Assembly (NCBI GenBank): GCA_041488375.1
Contig: JBGPPD010000003.1
Location: forward strand, 1 to 44,559
DNA: 44,559 bases
Reading direction: 5' to 3'
Origin: Gammaproteobacteria bacterium
Lineage (GTDB): Bacteria > Pseudomonadota > Gammaproteobacteria > Burkholderiales > SG8-39
In this document: one piece after another, positions 1 through 15,625 of the stretch
Layout: every line of letters starts with the position of its first letter
How positions within the stretch are numbered: the stretch's first letter is position 1
Position numbers and translations under genes: made by a program
The notes under the pieces: model-generated
What the model was told of the DNA's origin: nothing
The model's database searches: none
The model's input: only the letters and a program-made list of their open reading frames with translations

Positions 1-1241
1 GCGTCGCAGGAGATATGCCGGCCGCAGGCGAGCAGCCCGTCGAGCTGCTTCGGCACCAGGCTGCCGTAGGGAATCGAGATATTGGGGAACTTGGGCGAAA
101 GGCTCGGCGACACGCCGACCTCGTCTTCGAGCGCCTCGCCCGAGGGCCACTGCGCGCGCAGGACCTTCTTCACGCCGACCAGGCGCCGGCTGTGGCGCAC
201 GCCGAGCTGCGGCGCGCTCTGCAGCAGGTGGGCCCGCTCGAATCCCGGCGCCTCGCGGCGGTAGGCCTCCAGGTGCGCGGCCATCAGCTCGTGCGAGCGC
301 ACTTCGACGGCGGTGAGGTCCGCGACCTCGAGCGCGGAGTAACCGGCCAGGCGCGGCCCCATGAACAGCGCGAGGTCGTCGCGCCAGGCGACGAAGGGCC
401 GGTCGAAGAAGCGCAGCCGCTCGCGCCCGCGCTGCATGAACTCGCCGAACTGCTGCGGCTGCGCGGCCTTCCATTCCAGCCAGCGCGGCATGTCGACGCC
501 GCCGAACAACCAGCAGGTGTTCATGCAGTGGTGGATGTCGGATTCCTCGATGTCGGATTCGCAGGCCGCGCCGGCGCGCGCGAACAGGTCGCCGTCGCCC
601 GTGGCGTCGACGGTGACGCCGGCGAGGATCGCGCGCCGGCCGGCCTTGCTCTCGAACGCCACGCCGCGCACCGCGCCGTCCTGCACGATCGGCTGCGCCG
701 CCCAGCTGTGGTACGCGAGGCGCACCTTGCGCTCGAGCACCATCTGCTGCGACAGCAGCTTCAGCCGCTCCGGGTCGATGGTGGGCGCCCAGGTGACCAC
801 GCCGTGGAAGGCGCTGGTGCGCAGTGCCCAGTAGGCGGCGCGCGCCGGCTCGCGCGAGCCCCAAAGCTCGCGCGGCGGTCCGGCCACCGCGTCCTTGGGC
901 AGGCGCGCGAAGATTTCCTCGGCGAAGCCGCGGATCACGCTGCGGCCTTCCCAGTCGGTCATGCGGTCGATCCAGATCACCAGCCCGCCGGTGGACAGGC
1001 CGCCGAGGTGGTTGTAGCGCTCGAGCAGGATCACGTCGGCGCCCAAGCGCGCGGCGGCCACCGCCGCCGCGGTGCCCGAAGGCCCGCCGCCCGCCACCAG
1101 CACGTCGCAGCGCGCGTGCACCGGCAGGTCGCGCGCGGCCTCGCGCCAGCTGCCCAGGTCCGCTGCCGGTGCGCGCTCGGCGTCGGCGCCGCGGAAAATC
1201 TCCGAGGTGAAAAACTTTTCGTCGGGCCGCAGCGATCCCAT
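1..1241 (-). CDS. FAD-dependent oxidoreductase; the 3' end runs off the window
   Basis: Absent from the ORF track because it is open at position 1. Hand translation of the reverse strand from ATG 1241-1239 gives MGSLRPDEKFF...CDVLVAGGGPSGTAAAVAAARLGADVILLERYNHLGG, a GxGxxG dinucleotide-binding fold. The frame stays open and protein-like to position 1. The 829-aa plus-strand ORF 15..2504 is its antisense shadow. Confidence 0.7.
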   Translation of the reverse strand, partial: MGSLRPDEKFFTSEIFRGADAERAPAADLGSWREAARDLPVHARCDVLVAGGGPSGTAAAVAAARLGADVILLERYNHLGGLSTGGLVIWIDRMTDWEGRSVIRGFAEEIFARLPKDAVAGPPRELWGSREPARAAYWALRTSAFHGVVTWAPTIDPERLKLLSQQMVLERKVRLAYHSWAAQPIVQDGAVRGVAFESKAGRRAILAGVTVDATGDGDLFARAGAACESDIEESDIHHCMNTCWLFGGVDMPRWLEWKAAQPQQFGEFMQRGRERLRFFDRPFVAWRDDLALFMGPRLAGYSALEVADLTAVEVRSHELMAAHLEAYRREAPGFERAHLLQSAPQLGVRHSRRLVGVKKVLRAQWPSGEALEDEVGVSPSLSPKFPNISIPYGSLVPKQLDGLLACGRHISCD

Positions 1242-1344
1242 GCACAAATGCTAACGCAGCTTGCGGCGCTGCAGGCTTGGCGCGGGCCGGAGGAATCGGT
1301 TATAAAGCCATCGTCGCAGCGAAGCGGATTGCGAAGGGGGCAGC

Positions 1345-3005
<1,661 letters not shown>

Positions 3006-3485
3006 TCAGGCCAGGCGCTGCACGCGCTGGCCCGTGCAGCGCGCCAGCAGGTCGCGCGCCGCGCCATGGCCCGGCACCTCGAGGCGCGGGTCCAGATCCA
3101 GCAGCGGCGTCAGCACGAACGCGCGCTGGTGCATGCGCGGGTGCGGCAGGGTGAGCATGGGGGAGGAGAAGCTGGCGTCGTCGTAGAGCAGCAGGTCGAG
3201 GTCGAGGGTGCGCGGCGCGTTGGCGTGCGGCCGCTCGCGGCCGTGGCGCCGTTCGATGTCCTGCAGCGCGGCCAGCAGCTGCGCCGCGGACAGCTCGGTG
3301 TCCACGCCGGCGGCGGCGTTGAGGTAGTCGGGCTGGCCCGGCGCGTCGACCGGGGCGCTGCGATACAGCGCCGAGCGCCCCTCCAGCCGCGTCTCCGGCA
3401 GGCGCGCCAGTTCCTCGAAGGCCTGCAGCACATGGGCGCGCGCATCGCCCAGGTTGGAGCCGATGCCGATGTAGGCGATGGTCAC
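3006..3485 (-). CDS. folK: 2-amino-4-hydroxy-6-hydroxymethyldihydropteridine diphosphokinase
   Basis: GTG at 3485 gives VTIAYIGIGSNLGD...RTLDLDLLLYD...LTLPHPRMHQRAFVL, typical of HPPK. Only the 3' 480 nt of track ORF 3006..4688 is credible. The GTGA overlaps the pcnB stop. Confidence 0.9.
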   Translation of the reverse strand: MTIAYIGIGSNLGDARAHVLQAFEELARLPETRLEGRSALYRSAPVDAPGQPDYLNAAAGVDTELSAAQLLAALQDIERRHGRERPHANAPRTLDLDLLLYDDASFSSPMLTLPHPRMHQRAFVLTPLLDLDPRLEVPGHGAARDLLARCTGQRVQRLA

Positions 3486-4804
3486 GCCGGCGCGGGGCCC
3501 GGCTCCACGCCTTGCTTGGGCCGGCGGCGCCGGCGGCGCTTGCGCGGGCCGGTGTCGGGCAGCAGCATCGCCTGGCGCGTTTCCGCGTCGGCGCTCTGGA
3601 AGGCGCGCCACCAGGCTTCCAGTTCCGCGCTCACCTCGCCGCTCGCCGCGCGCAGCGCGAGGAAATCGTAAGCCATGCGGAACAGCGGCGACTCGACCAG
3701 CCGATACGGGCGCTGCCCGCCGCGCTGCTCGAACCTGGGCTGCATCGCCCACACCTCGCGCATGATGGCGGTGAGCTTGCGCGTCAGCGCCAGCTTCTCG
3801 GACTGCGCGTCGAGCACCCGGTCCATCGCCGCCTCGAGCGCCTGCTGCGGCCGTTCGCCCTTCGCCTGGCGCGCCTTGGACGCCGCCAGCACCTCGTGCC
3901 ACAGCAGCGCGGCGAACAGGAAGGCCGGCGACACCGAGCGCTCCGACTTCACGCGCTCGTCGGTCTGGGCGAGGGCCAGCGTGACGAAGCGCTCCCCCAG
4001 CGGCTGCTCGAGGATCACGTCGAGCAGCGGCAGCACGCCCCGGGACAGCCCCTCTTCGCGCAGCTGGCGCACGCAGGCGCTGGCGTGCCCGGACATGAGG
4101 AGCTTGATCATCTCGTCGTACAGCCGCGCCGGCGGCACGTGCTCGAGCAGCGGCGCGAGGCGCCGGATCGGCGCGCGCGTGGTGGCCTCGATGGTGAAGC
4201 CCAGCTTCGCCGCCAGCCTCACCGCGCGCAACATGCGCACCGGGTCCTCGCGAAAACGCGTCTCCGGGTCGCCGATGATGCGCAGCAGGTGTTTTTTCAG
4301 GTCGACCATGCCGCCGTGGTAGTCGACGATCTCCTCGGTGGCCGGGTCGAAGTACAGGGCGTTGACGGTGAAGTCGCGCCGGCGCGCGTCCTCCTCCTGG
4401 TTGCCGAACACGTTGTCGCGCAGCACGCGGCCGTGCTCGTCCTTTTCGGAGGTGTTGGCGTCGGCCGCGCGGAAGGTGGAAGTCTCCACCGTCTCCCCGC
4501 CGAGCATCACGTGCACCAGGCGGAAGCGCCGGCCGATGACGATGGCGCGCCGGAACAGGGGCTTCACCTGCTCGGGGCGCGCGTCGGTGGCGACGTCGAA
4601 GTCCTTGGGCACGATGCCGAGCAGCAGGTCGCGCACCGCGCCGCCCACCACGAAGGAGGCGTAGCCCGCCTCGCGCAGCACGTCGCACACCTTGAGCGCG
4701 CCGTTGGTGAGCGCGTTGCGCCGCAGGCCGTGGCGCTCGCGCGGCACGCGCTGCGGCGTGTCCGTCCGCAGTCCCAGTACGCGGCGGATGAAGCGCTTGA
4801 TCAT
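3482..4804 (-). CDS. pcnB: Poly(A) polymerase I
   Basis: The GGAVRDLLLG nucleotidyltransferase motif, the 440-aa length and the pcnB-folK synteny all fit. Confidence 0.95.
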   Translation of the reverse strand: MIKRFIRRVLGLRTDTPQRVPRERHGLRRNALTNGALKVCDVLREAGYASFVVGGAVRDLLLGIVPKDFDVATDARPEQVKPLFRRAIVIGRRFRLVHVMLGGETVETSTFRAADANTSEKDEHGRVLRDNVFGNQEEDARRRDFTVNALYFDPATEEIVDYHGGMVDLKKHLLRIIGDPETRFREDPVRMLRAVRLAAKLGFTIEATTRAPIRRLAPLLEHVPPARLYDEMIKLLMSGHASACVRQLREEGLSRGVLPLLDVILEQPLGERFVTLALAQTDERVKSERSVSPAFLFAALLWHEVLAASKARQAKGERPQQALEAAMDRVLDAQSEKLALTRKLTAIMREVWAMQPRFEQRGGQRPYRLVESPLFRMAYDFLALRAASGEVSAELEAWWRAFQSADAETRQAMLLPDTGPRKRRRRRRPKQGVEPGPAPA

Positions 4805-4817
4805 CGAGGCGGCGATT

Positions 4818-5480
4818 CTAGCGCAGGGTGATCACCGGCCAGCCGCGGCGCGCGGCTTGCGCGGCCAGCCGGGGGTCGGGATCCACCGCCACCGGCCGGC
4901 GCACGCGCTCGAGCAGCGGCAGGTCATTGTGGGAATCGCTGTAGAAATGGCTGTCGGCGAAATCCTCCAGCCGGTGCCCCAGGCCCCCGAGCCAGTCCTC
5001 GACGCGGCGGATCTTGCCCTCGCGGAAGCACGGGGTGCCCGCCACGCGGCCGGTGAAGCGGCCGTCGCGCGCTTCGGGCTCGGTGGCGATGAGGTGCGGC
5101 ACGCCGAACTCGCGCGCGATCGGCGCCGTGACGAAGCTGTTGGTGGCGGTGACGATGGCGCACAACTCGCCCGCCGCCAGGTGCCGGCGCACCAGCGCGC
5201 GCGCGCCGGGCGTGATCGCCGGCAGGATGCGGCTGCGCATGAACTCGGCGTGCCAGCGCTCCAGGTCCCGCGGCGTGTGCGCGGCGAGCGGCCGCAGCGC
5301 GAAGCCGAGGTACTCGTGGATGTCCAGGGTGCCCGCCTTGTACTGCTCGAAGAAGGCGGCGTTCTGCGCCTCGTACTCCTCGCGCGCCAGCACGCCGCGC
5401 TCGACCAGGAATTGGCCCCACTCGTAGTCGCTGTCGCAGGCGAGCAGCGTGTGGTCCAGGTCGAACAGGCCGAGGTTCAC
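4818..5480 (-). CDS. HAD-IB family hydrolase (phosphoserine phosphatase-like)
   Basis: GTG at 5480 gives VNLGLFDLDHTLL (DxDxT motif I) and a later SDSHNDLPLL motif. The upstream part of track ORF 4818..5942 is Arg/Ala-rich junk. Confidence 0.8.
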   Translation of the reverse strand: MNLGLFDLDHTLLACDSDYEWGQFLVERGVLAREEYEAQNAAFFEQYKAGTLDIHEYLGFALRPLAAHTPRDLERWHAEFMRSRILPAITPGARALVRRHLAAGELCAIVTATNSFVTAPIAREFGVPHLIATEPEARDGRFTGRVAGTPCFREGKIRRVEDWLGGLGHRLEDFADSHFYSDSHNDLPLLERVRRPVAVDPDPRLAAQAARRGWPVITLR

Positions 5481-6082
5481 TGTTCCAGGCTCCGCAGCAG
5501 TTCCCTCACCAGCGGCAGGGTGACGGCGCGGCGCTGCTCGAGCGACGCGCGGTCGATCTGCTCGAGCAGCCCGATGAGCGAATGCAGGTCGCGGCGCACG
5601 TGCGTGAGCAGGTACCAGACCACTTCGTCGGACAGCTTCAGCCCGCGGCGCGCCGCTTCGCCGTGCAGGGTCAGCGCCTTCTCCGCGTCGGAGAGGGGCT
5701 TCACCTGGTACACCAGGCCCCAGGCGAGGCGGCTCTTCAGGTCCTCGCGCAGCGCGAGCTGCGCGGGCGGGGCATTGCCGGCGGCGAGCACCGTGCCGCC
5801 CGAGTCGCGCGCCGCGTTGACGGCGTTGAACAACGCGATCTGGCCCGGCTCGTCCAGCCGCTCGACATCGTCGGCGACGGTGAGCCCGGGCCGCGCGCTC
5901 GCGCGCAGCAGGTGGCTGCGCCCGCTGCCGGGCTCGCCCCACAGATAGAGCACCGACTCGGCCAGTTCGCCGGCGGCGAGCTGGCGCAGCCGGGCGAGCA
6001 GCTCGACATTGGCGCCGGGGATGAAATTGTCGAGCGAAGGCGCAGGCGGCGGCGAGAGGGGCAGCGCCAGCTGGCGCGTCAC
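5477..6082 (-). CDS. hda: DnaA regulatory inactivator Hda
   Basis: GTG at 6082 gives (M)[31 protein letters not shown]...LWGEPGSGRSHLL (Walker A), a typical Hda N-terminus. The GTGA overlaps the permease stop. Confidence 0.85.
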   Translation of the reverse strand: MTRQLALPLSPPPAPSLDNFIPGANVELLARLRQLAAGELAESVLYLWGEPGSGRSHLLRASARPGLTVADDVERLDEPGQIALFNAVNAARDSGGTVLAAGNAPPAQLALREDLKSRLAWGLVYQVKPLSDAEKALTLHGEAARRGLKLSDEVVWYLLTHVRRDLHSLIGLLEQIDRASLEQRRAVTLPLVRELLRSLEQ

Positions 6083-7149
6083 TTCGCGCCGCCGTACAGC
6101 GAGCTCGCCAGGTAGGCGCGGCGCAGGTGGCGCAGCGCGACCAGCAGCGCCGCGCTGGCCGGCAGGGCGAGCAGCACGCCGAAGAACCCGAACAGCTGGC
6201 CGAAGGCGAGCAGCGCGAAGATCACCGCCACCGGGTGCAGGCCGATGCGCTCGCCCACCAGCAGCGGGGTCACCGCCGTGCCTTCCAGCGCCTGGCCGAT
6301 GCCGAAGGCGAGCCATACCCAGACTAGGCCCCAGATGCTGTCGAACTGCATCAGCGCGGCGATGCTGCCGAGGAGAATGCCGAGCAGCGCGCCGACGTAA
6401 GGGATGAACACCAGCGTGCCGGTGATCAGGCCGATCGGCAGGGCGAATTCCAGGCTGGCGAGCCACAGCGCGAGCACGTAGTACGCGCACATCACCAGGA
6501 TCACCAGCAGCTGGCCGCGCAGGAACTCCGCCAGCACCGCGTCCACCTCGCGCAGGATCTCGCGCGCCTTGGCGTGCACCTTGCGCGGCACCATGGCATC
6601 CACGCGGCCACGCAGCGCATGCCAGTCGCGCAGCAGGTAGAACAGCACCACCGGCACCAGCAGCAGATTGACGACGAAGGCGACCACCGCCAGGCCGCCG
6701 ATCTTGAGCGAGCCGAGCAGCTTGGCCACCAGGTCCTGGTTGTCGGCCACCAGATCGGAGGCGAGGCGGCGAACGGTGTCCGCGTCGAAGCGCAACTGCA
6801 CGCCCAGGTGCCGCTCGAGCACCGGCGCCAGGTGCTCGTTGAGCCAGACGATGAAGGCCGGCATGCGCTCGGCCAGCAGGCGCAGCTCCTTGGTGAACAG
6901 CGGCAGCACCACCAGCGCGAACGCGATCAGCAGCGTGAGCAGCCCGAGCATCACCAGCAGCACGGCGAGCGTGCGCGGCAGGAGCTTGCCGGTCAGGCGC
7001 TCGACGATCGGGTCGAGGATGTAGGCGAGGATCGCCGCGAACAGGAACGGCGCGAGGATCGGCGAAAGCAGGGTGAACAGCCCGCCGACGACGAGCGCGA
7101 CGGCGATCCAGCCCCAGAACTGTGGATTGGCGGAGAACGGGGTGGGCAT
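6079..7149 (-). CDS. AI-2E family transporter (PerM-like permease)
   Basis: Multi-pass membrane protein starting [23 protein letters not shown], with the [12 protein letters not shown]-terminal pattern typical of AI-2E/PerM. ATG at 7149. Confidence 0.85.
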   Translation of the reverse strand: MPTPFSANPQFWGWIAVALVVGGLFTLLSPILAPFLFAAILAYILDPIVERLTGKLLPRTLAVLLVMLGLLTLLIAFALVVLPLFTKELRLLAERMPAFIVWLNEHLAPVLERHLGVQLRFDADTVRRLASDLVADNQDLVAKLLGSLKIGGLAVVAFVVNLLLVPVVLFYLLRDWHALRGRVDAMVPRKVHAKAREILREVDAVLAEFLRGQLLVILVMCAYYVLALWLASLEFALPIGLITGTLVFIPYVGALLGILLGSIAALMQFDSIWGLVWVWLAFGIGQALEGTAVTPLLVGERIGLHPVAVIFALLAFGQLFGFFGVLLALPASAALLVALRHLRRAYLASSLYGGAK

Positions 7150-7186
7150 CTCAAGTAAAATCGCGCTGCAAACGCGAGACTCTAGC

Positions 7187-8194
7187 ATGCGCAAACCGCT
7201 TTCCTACCGCGACGCCGGCGTCGACATCGACGCGGGCGACGCCCTCGTCGAGGCCATCAAGCCGTTCGCCCGGCGCACCATGCGGCCCGAGGTGCTTGCC
7301 GGCATCGGCGGTTTCGGCGCACTGTGCGCGATCCCGAAGAAATACCGCCAGCCGGTGCTCGTCTCGGGCACCGACGGCGTGGGCACCAAGCTCAAACTCG
7401 CCTTCGCCCTGAACCGGCACGACACGGTGGGCATCGACCTGGTGGCGATGAGCGTGAACGACGTGCTGGTGCAAGGCGCTGAACCGCTTTTCTTCCTCGA
7501 CTATTTCGCCTGCGGCAAGCTCGACAACAAGGTGGCGGCGGAAGTCGTGAAGGGCATCGCGCGCGGCTGCGAGCTCGCCGGCTGCGCGCTGATCGGCGGC
7601 GAGACCGCCGAGATGCCGGGCATGTACCCGGAAGGCGAATACGACCTGGCGGGCTTTTGCGTCGGCGTGGTGGAGAAAAAGAAGATCCTCAGCGGGCGTT
7701 CGATCAAGCCCGGCGACGTGCTGCTCGGGCTCGCCTCGAGCGGGGCGCATTCCAACGGCTACTCGCTGATCCGCAAGATCGTCGAGCGCGCCAGGCCGGA
7801 GGCGTCAGTCCTCGATGCCTTGATGGAGCCGACGCGCATCTACGTCAAGCCGGTTCTCGAGTTGCTGGAAGACGGCCTGATCAAGGGGATGGCGCACATC
7901 ACGGGCGGCGGGCTCGTCGGCAACGTGCCAAGAATGCTGCCGAAGGGAACCAAGGCGGTGATCCACGCGAGGTCCTGGCCGAGAGCGGAAGTGTTTCGTT
8001 GGCTGCAGGCGCACGGTGGCGTCGCAGAAGCTGAAATGCACCGGGTATTCAACTGCGGGATCGGGCTGGTGCTCGCTGTTTCCGCCAGGAATGCGCCGAG
8101 GGCAATCCTCCAGTTGAGCGCCCTCGGGGAGACCGTCTACCGGATCGGCAGCGTCGAGAAAGGCAAGGGCGAACCCGAAGCGGTGGTCAGCTAG
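7187..8194 (+). CDS. purM: Phosphoribosylformylglycinamidine cyclo-ligase
   Basis: [18 protein letters not shown]...[16 protein letters not shown] synthase signature. ATG at 7187. Confidence 0.95.
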   Translation: MRKPLSYRDAGVDIDAGDALVEAIKPFARRTMRPEVLAGIGGFGALCAIPKKYRQPVLVSGTDGVGTKLKLAFALNRHDTVGIDLVAMSVNDVLVQGAEPLFFLDYFACGKLDNKVAAEVVKGIARGCELAGCALIGGETAEMPGMYPEGEYDLAGFCVGVVEKKKILSGRSIKPGDVLLGLASSGAHSNGYSLIRKIVERARPEASVLDALMEPTRIYVKPVLELLEDGLIKGMAHITGGGLVGNVPRMLPKGTKAVIHARSWPRAEVFRWLQAHGGVAEAEMHRVFNCGIGLVLAVSARNAPRAILQLSALGETVYRIGSVEKGKGEPEAVVS

Positions 8195-8636
8195 CGGGCA
8201 GCTTGTAGACCACGTCGTGCTCGCGCGCGTGCTGGGCCACTTTGATGCCGAATTCGTCGTTCGGCCCGACCTCGTCGACCGCAGCGTGCTCGACCTGGAG
8301 GGAATCCACGCGCTGGCTGAAGTCGCTGGTATGTCCGCGGATGTGGATGGTGTCGCCGACACGCAGCGTTCCCGCTTCCAGCTTCACGATGGCAACCAGG
8401 AGGTTGCCGTAGTAGTGGGTCACCACGCCGATGCGCTCGCCGGGGTCGGGCCGCGCGGGCGGGCTCGGCGGCTTCGGCTTGGCCGCCTTCGGGGCAGCGC
8501 GCCTGGCCGGTGCCTTGCGCGCGGGCTTGCCGGCAGGTTTCCTCGCGGGCTTCGCGGTCTTCTTGCGCATCGCCGGCCGCTTGGCCGGCATGGTCCTGCG
8601 CTTGGATTTCGCCTTCGCCTTCTTCTTGATTGCCAT
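8187..8636 (-). CDS. Lys/Ala/Pro-rich basic tail fused to an EF-Tu domain-2-like beta-barrel (translation elongation factor-like protein)
   Basis: ATG at 8636. The N-terminal ~65 aa are [11 protein letters not shown]...[29 protein letters not shown]. The C-terminal [38 protein letters not shown]...EFGIKV resembles the small EF-Tu D2-like family. That domain assignment is from memory of the family and was not searched. Confidence 0.6.
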   Translation of the reverse strand: MAIKKKAKAKSKRRTMPAKRPAMRKKTAKPARKPAGKPARKAPARRAAPKAAKPKPPSPPARPDPGERIGVVTHYYGNLLVAIVKLEAGTLRVGDTIHIRGHTSDFSQRVDSLQVEHAAVDEVGPNDEFGIKVAQHAREHDVVYKLPAS

Positions 8637-8675
8637 GCGCCCCTCCCGGCGGTCCACGCCGCCTGACCCGAACGG

Positions 8676-9557
8676 CTATTTTGTTCCTTTTGAACCGCGG
8701 TTCGCAAGATAGATCCCCGCCAGCACCACCGCGCCGCCGGCGATCTGCAGCGCGGCCAGCGGTTCCCCGAGCAGCACCCAGGCGAATACCCCCGCCATCA
8801 CCGGCTGCAGCAGCAGCCCCACCGAGGAAAACGCCGCCGGCAGGTGCGCGAGCGCATGGGCGATCAGCCCCTGCCCGCCGGCGTGCGAGATCCAGGCGAG
8901 CCCGAGCAGGACCAGCCAGCCGGCGGCGCTCGCCGGGACTAGCGCCTCGCCCGACGCCAGCGCCACCGGCAACAGGATCAAGGCGGTGAGCGTGGTCGTC
9001 ACCGCCATCACGCGCAGGGTGGCTGCGCCGCGGTCGCGCAAGCCTTTCACCGACAGCAGGTACCAGGCGTAGAACAGCGCGGTCACCACGCCAAGCGCAT
9101 CGCCGAATAGGGCGGTCGAGGAAAAGCCGACGCTGGTCTGCACCAGCAGTCCCACGCCGGCGAGCGCGAGCGCAAGGCCGACCAGGAACTGCCCGCGCGG
9201 TTTCTGCCGCCACAGCACCCAGGCCGCCAGCGTGACGAAGATCGACGCCAGGTTGGCGAGCAGCGTCGAATTGGCGACCGAGGTGAAGCGGATCGACCAG
9301 TGCCAGAACGCCAGGTCGCCGGCAAAGGCGAGGCCCGCCGCCGCGAGCAGCGGCCATTGCGGTTGCGATGCCGCTGCCGCAGCGCGCGGAGTGAGCGCCA
9401 ACGCGCCCCACAGCAGCGGCACGGCGAGCGCGACGCGCCAGAAAGCGCTCGCGGTGGGCCCGACTTCGGACACGCGCACCCAGATCGGCGAGAGCGCGAT
9501 GCAGGTCGCGCCCGCGAACAGGGCGAAGAGTGCCGGAGCGCGTAAAGGGGATGACAA
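8676..9557 (-). CDS. DMT superfamily (EamA-like) transporter
   Basis: About ten hydrophobic segments over 293 aa, with a duplicated EamA-like pattern. Confidence 0.8.
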   Translation of the reverse strand: MSSPLRAPALFALFAGATCIALSPIWVRVSEVGPTASAFWRVALAVPLLWGALALTPRAAAAASQPQWPLLAAAGLAFAGDLAFWHWSIRFTSVANSTLLANLASIFVTLAAWVLWRQKPRGQFLVGLALALAGVGLLVQTSVGFSSTALFGDALGVVTALFYAWYLLSVKGLRDRGAATLRVMAVTTTLTALILLPVALASGEALVPASAAGWLVLLGLAWISHAGGQGLIAHALAHLPAAFSSVGLLLQPVMAGVFAWVLLGEPLAALQIAGGAVVLAGIYLANRGSKGTK

Positions 9558-9587
9558 GGCGCGGATGTTAAACTTTCAAGGCTTCCC

Positions 9588-13024
<3,437 letters not shown>

Positions 13025-13028
<4 letters not shown>

Positions 13029-13960
13029 TCGCGCCGCCAGAGGCCGCGCGTGCGCCGGTACCAGGGGTTGGTCACGCGCTCGGCGGGATCGTAGCGCCGT
13101 TTTTCCGCGAGAAAGGCCCCGAGCATCGGGTAGCAGGCCGCAGCCTGGTCCCGGCTGGCCGCCGGCAGGCTGCCCGGCGCGACGCTGCCGCCCGCCGCCA
13201 GCGCCAGCTCGACCAGCCGCGTGCGCAATTGCGTGGCGCCGACGCAGCCGCCCAGCGTGGAGCGCGAACGGACCTCGACGCGCAGGGCGGCATATTCGCG
13301 ACGCGCCCAGCGCAGATAGGTTTCGTCCTCGGGCAGCGTCCGCCGCACCTCAAGGCGGTTCAACGCGTAGCGGTGCGCGTCGATCTCGTCGCGCATCTGG
13401 GCGATGAGCCGCTCGCTGGCTTCGGGCGGCACCAGGAGTTCGATACCGCTGCAAGCGCCCACGGCAGGCGCCTCGGGCAACTCCAGGCGCACCGGCGCCG
13501 CCGCGTCCGCGGCGGCCCGCGCCAGCGACGCGAGGTCGAGGGTCACGCTATAGAAAGGCCCGAACACGCCGAATCCGCCGACTGCCAGGCGGAACAGCTC
13601 CGGCGCGTGGTCGCGGCTGGCGCGCCGCAGCTCGCCGTCGGCCGTCACCAGGGTCAGGGAGCGCAGGTGCGCGACCACCGGCCGTCCATCTTGTCCGGAA
13701 GTGTTGCTGGCGACGCTGTCGCCGACCGTCGTGTCGCCGAAAGCGCCGCCGCCGTGGGCAGCCAGGGCGCGCCAGGGCGTGCCGGCCTGCACTTCGAGCG
13801 CGGCACGCTGCGGGTCGTGGCACAACACCCGGTCGAGTCCGGAATGGTCGAAGCGGCCTGCCGGGATCGCGCCGGCCAGCATGGCCTTGCACAAGTCGAG
13901 CGCGGAATGCACGCGCAGGCCGGGCGCTGGGGGAAGGGGAAGGCTGTGCGTCGCGAGCAT
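13025..13960 (-). CDS. FAD-binding (PCMH/FAD_binding_4-like) domain protein, short form
   Basis: ATG at 13960. TVGDSVASNTSGQDGRPVVAHLRSLTLVTADGEL...LFRLAVGGFGVFGPFYSVTLDL matches the second half of the PCMH FAD-binding fold. No N-terminal GxGxS segment is seen. The upstream part of track ORF 13025..14908 is shadow. Confidence 0.55.
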
Positions 13961-14062
13961 GGCGCTCTCCTGTTGGTCGAAAGGCGGCCCATTGTTCGCT
14001 CTGCGAATGCTGCGATGCAATACGCGGCATGCGAAGTCTCGTTTTACGATACCGCTAGTACC

Positions 14063-14800
14063 ATGCCGCGGACCCACCGCCTGGTCGAAGCGCTGAAGAA
14101 ATGCCTGCGGGCGCGCGGCATGACCTACGCCGTGCTCGCCCGCGAGCTGAGACTGTCCGAAGCGAGTGTCAAGCGCCTGTTCTCGCAGGGCCGCTTCACC
14201 CTGGCGCGCGTCGACGAGATCCTGCAGGTGCTGGAAATGGACCTGGTGGAGCTGGCGCGCATGGCGCGCGCCGGCGAGGGCGGCCCGGCCGAACTCAGCA
14301 TCGAGCAGGAGACCGTGCTGGCCCGCGACGAACGCCTGTTGTCGGTGTTCTGGCTGCTGCTGAACGGCCGGCGCTTCGAGGAGATCGTCGAGGAGTTCGC
14401 GATTACGCGCACCGAGCTGACGCTGGCGCTGGCGAAGTTCGAGCGCGCGCGGCTGATCGACTGGGACGCGGGCGAGCGTGTCCGGCTGCGGGTGGCGAAG
14501 GACTTTGTCTGGCGCGCCGGCGGGCCGGTGAAGAAGGCCTACGGCCAGCGCGTCACCGCGGAGTTCCTGCGCTCGCGCTTCGCGGGCCCGCTCGAGCTGC
14601 TGCGCTTCGAGGCGCGCGACCTGTCCGCGGCATCGGCCGCCGTGCTCAGGCGCAGGCTGGAGCGCCTGCTGGCGGATTTCGGCGAACTGGCGGCGGTGGA
14701 CTCGAGCCTGCCGGCACGCAGGCGCGAGGGCGTCGGCCTGCTGGTTGCCTGCCGGCCCTGGGCGTTCTCGGTGGTCAACGCGCTGAAGAAGCGCGCTTAG
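14063..14800 (+). CDS. Helix-turn-helix (XRE/Cro-C1-like) transcriptional regulator
   Basis: ATG at 14063. N-terminal [40 protein letters not shown] is an HTH. Divergent from the FAD-like gene. Confidence 0.75.
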   Translation: MPRTHRLVEALKKCLRARGMTYAVLARELRLSEASVKRLFSQGRFTLARVDEILQVLEMDLVELARMARAGEGGPAELSIEQETVLARDERLLSVFWLLLNGRRFEEIVEEFAITRTELTLALAKFERARLIDWDAGERVRLRVAKDFVWRAGGPVKKAYGQRVTAEFLRSRFAGPLELLRFEARDLSAASAAVLRRRLERLLADFGELAAVDSSLPARRREGVGLLVACRPWAFSVVNALKKRA

Positions 14801-15087
14801 GCGCTCGGCCAGCGTTCGAATCGCGCATAGGGCCGGTCCTGCCCGACGGCGGGCGGGCCGCACGCCACACCCTCCACGCGCGCCGCGGGCGGCCCGCGGC
14901 GCGCCCAAGCCGTCAGCGCGCCCACGTCATCCGGCTTGCCCTGCAGCACGGCTTCGACGCTGCCGTCAGCGAGATTGCGCACCCAGCCGGTCACGCCCAG
15001 GCGCACGGCCTCCTCCCGCAGGGCCTCGCGGTAGCTGACACCCTGCACTCGTCCGCGGATCAGCAGTCGAATTGTATGCAGTTGCAA
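14797..15087 (-). CDS. acyP: Acylphosphatase
   Basis: [44 protein letters not shown] is the acylphosphatase signature. The preferred start is TTG at 15087, with GGAG 5 nt upstream. An in-frame ATG at 15135 has no Shine-Dalgarno. Confidence 0.8.
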   Translation of the reverse strand: MQLHTIRLLIRGRVQGVSYREALREEAVRLGVTGWVRNLADGSVEAVLQGKPDDVGALTAWARRGPPAARVEGVACGPPAVGQDRPYARFERWPSA

Positions 15088-15228
15088 AACTTCTCCGAGG
15101 CGGCAATTCCGCCCGTGAAAGCACCGGGACTCCATGGTAAGCTGCTGTGCAAATTTATCCTCCCATCCTGCCGGCGAGCGCACGAAGGATCGTGCGGCGG
15201 CGCGAAGGGACAGCAAGGGGGAACACCG

Positions 15229-15624
15229 ATGCGAGCCGCACTCCTGATCATCGCTGCACTGGCGCTGGCCGGCTTCCTTGCCGTGGCGGTGGTGCTGCCA
15301 CAGATGGCCGGCAGCGAAGCGAGGGATGCCGCGCAGGCGCTGATCTCGGGCGCGGACGGCGCCAAGCAGCAGGTGGCGGCGGCAGCCGAGAAGGCCGGCA
15401 ACCTGACGGGCTCGGGCAAGGACATGAAGATTGCGGCGCGCTCCGACGCCAAGCACGGCGAACTCAAATGGATCGTCGAGGAGAACGGCGCGGTCCGCGG
15501 CTGGAACGAAAAGAACGCCATCGAGATTTCCATTTCGCCGGCCCTGCAGGGCGGGAAGGTCAGCTGGAGTTGCCGCGGCTATCCGATCACCGCCATGCCC
15601 GCGAGCTGCGGCGGCAAGTCCTGA
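15229..15624 (+). CDS. Pilin-like protein lacking a prepilin leader
   Basis: ATG at 15229 follows an AAGGGGGA Shine-Dalgarno. An N-terminal hydrophobic helix is followed by a pilin-like amphipathic segment ([37 protein letters not shown]). The C-terminus has a Cys...Cys loop ([17 protein letters not shown]). Confidence 0.6.
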   Translation: MRAALLIIAALALAGFLAVAVVLPQMAGSEARDAAQALISGADGAKQQVAAAAEKAGNLTGSGKDMKIAARSDAKHGELKWIVEENGAVRGWNEKNAIEISISPALQGGKVSWSCRGYPITAMPASCGGKS

Positions 15625-15625
15625 A

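Noticed and set aside
3486-4688. Upstream 400 codons of track ORF 3006..4688 (560 aa)
   Set aside because: This part overlaps pcnB in another frame and translates to Arg/Ala/Gly repeats. Only the 3' 480 nt (folK, GTG start at 3485) looks like protein.
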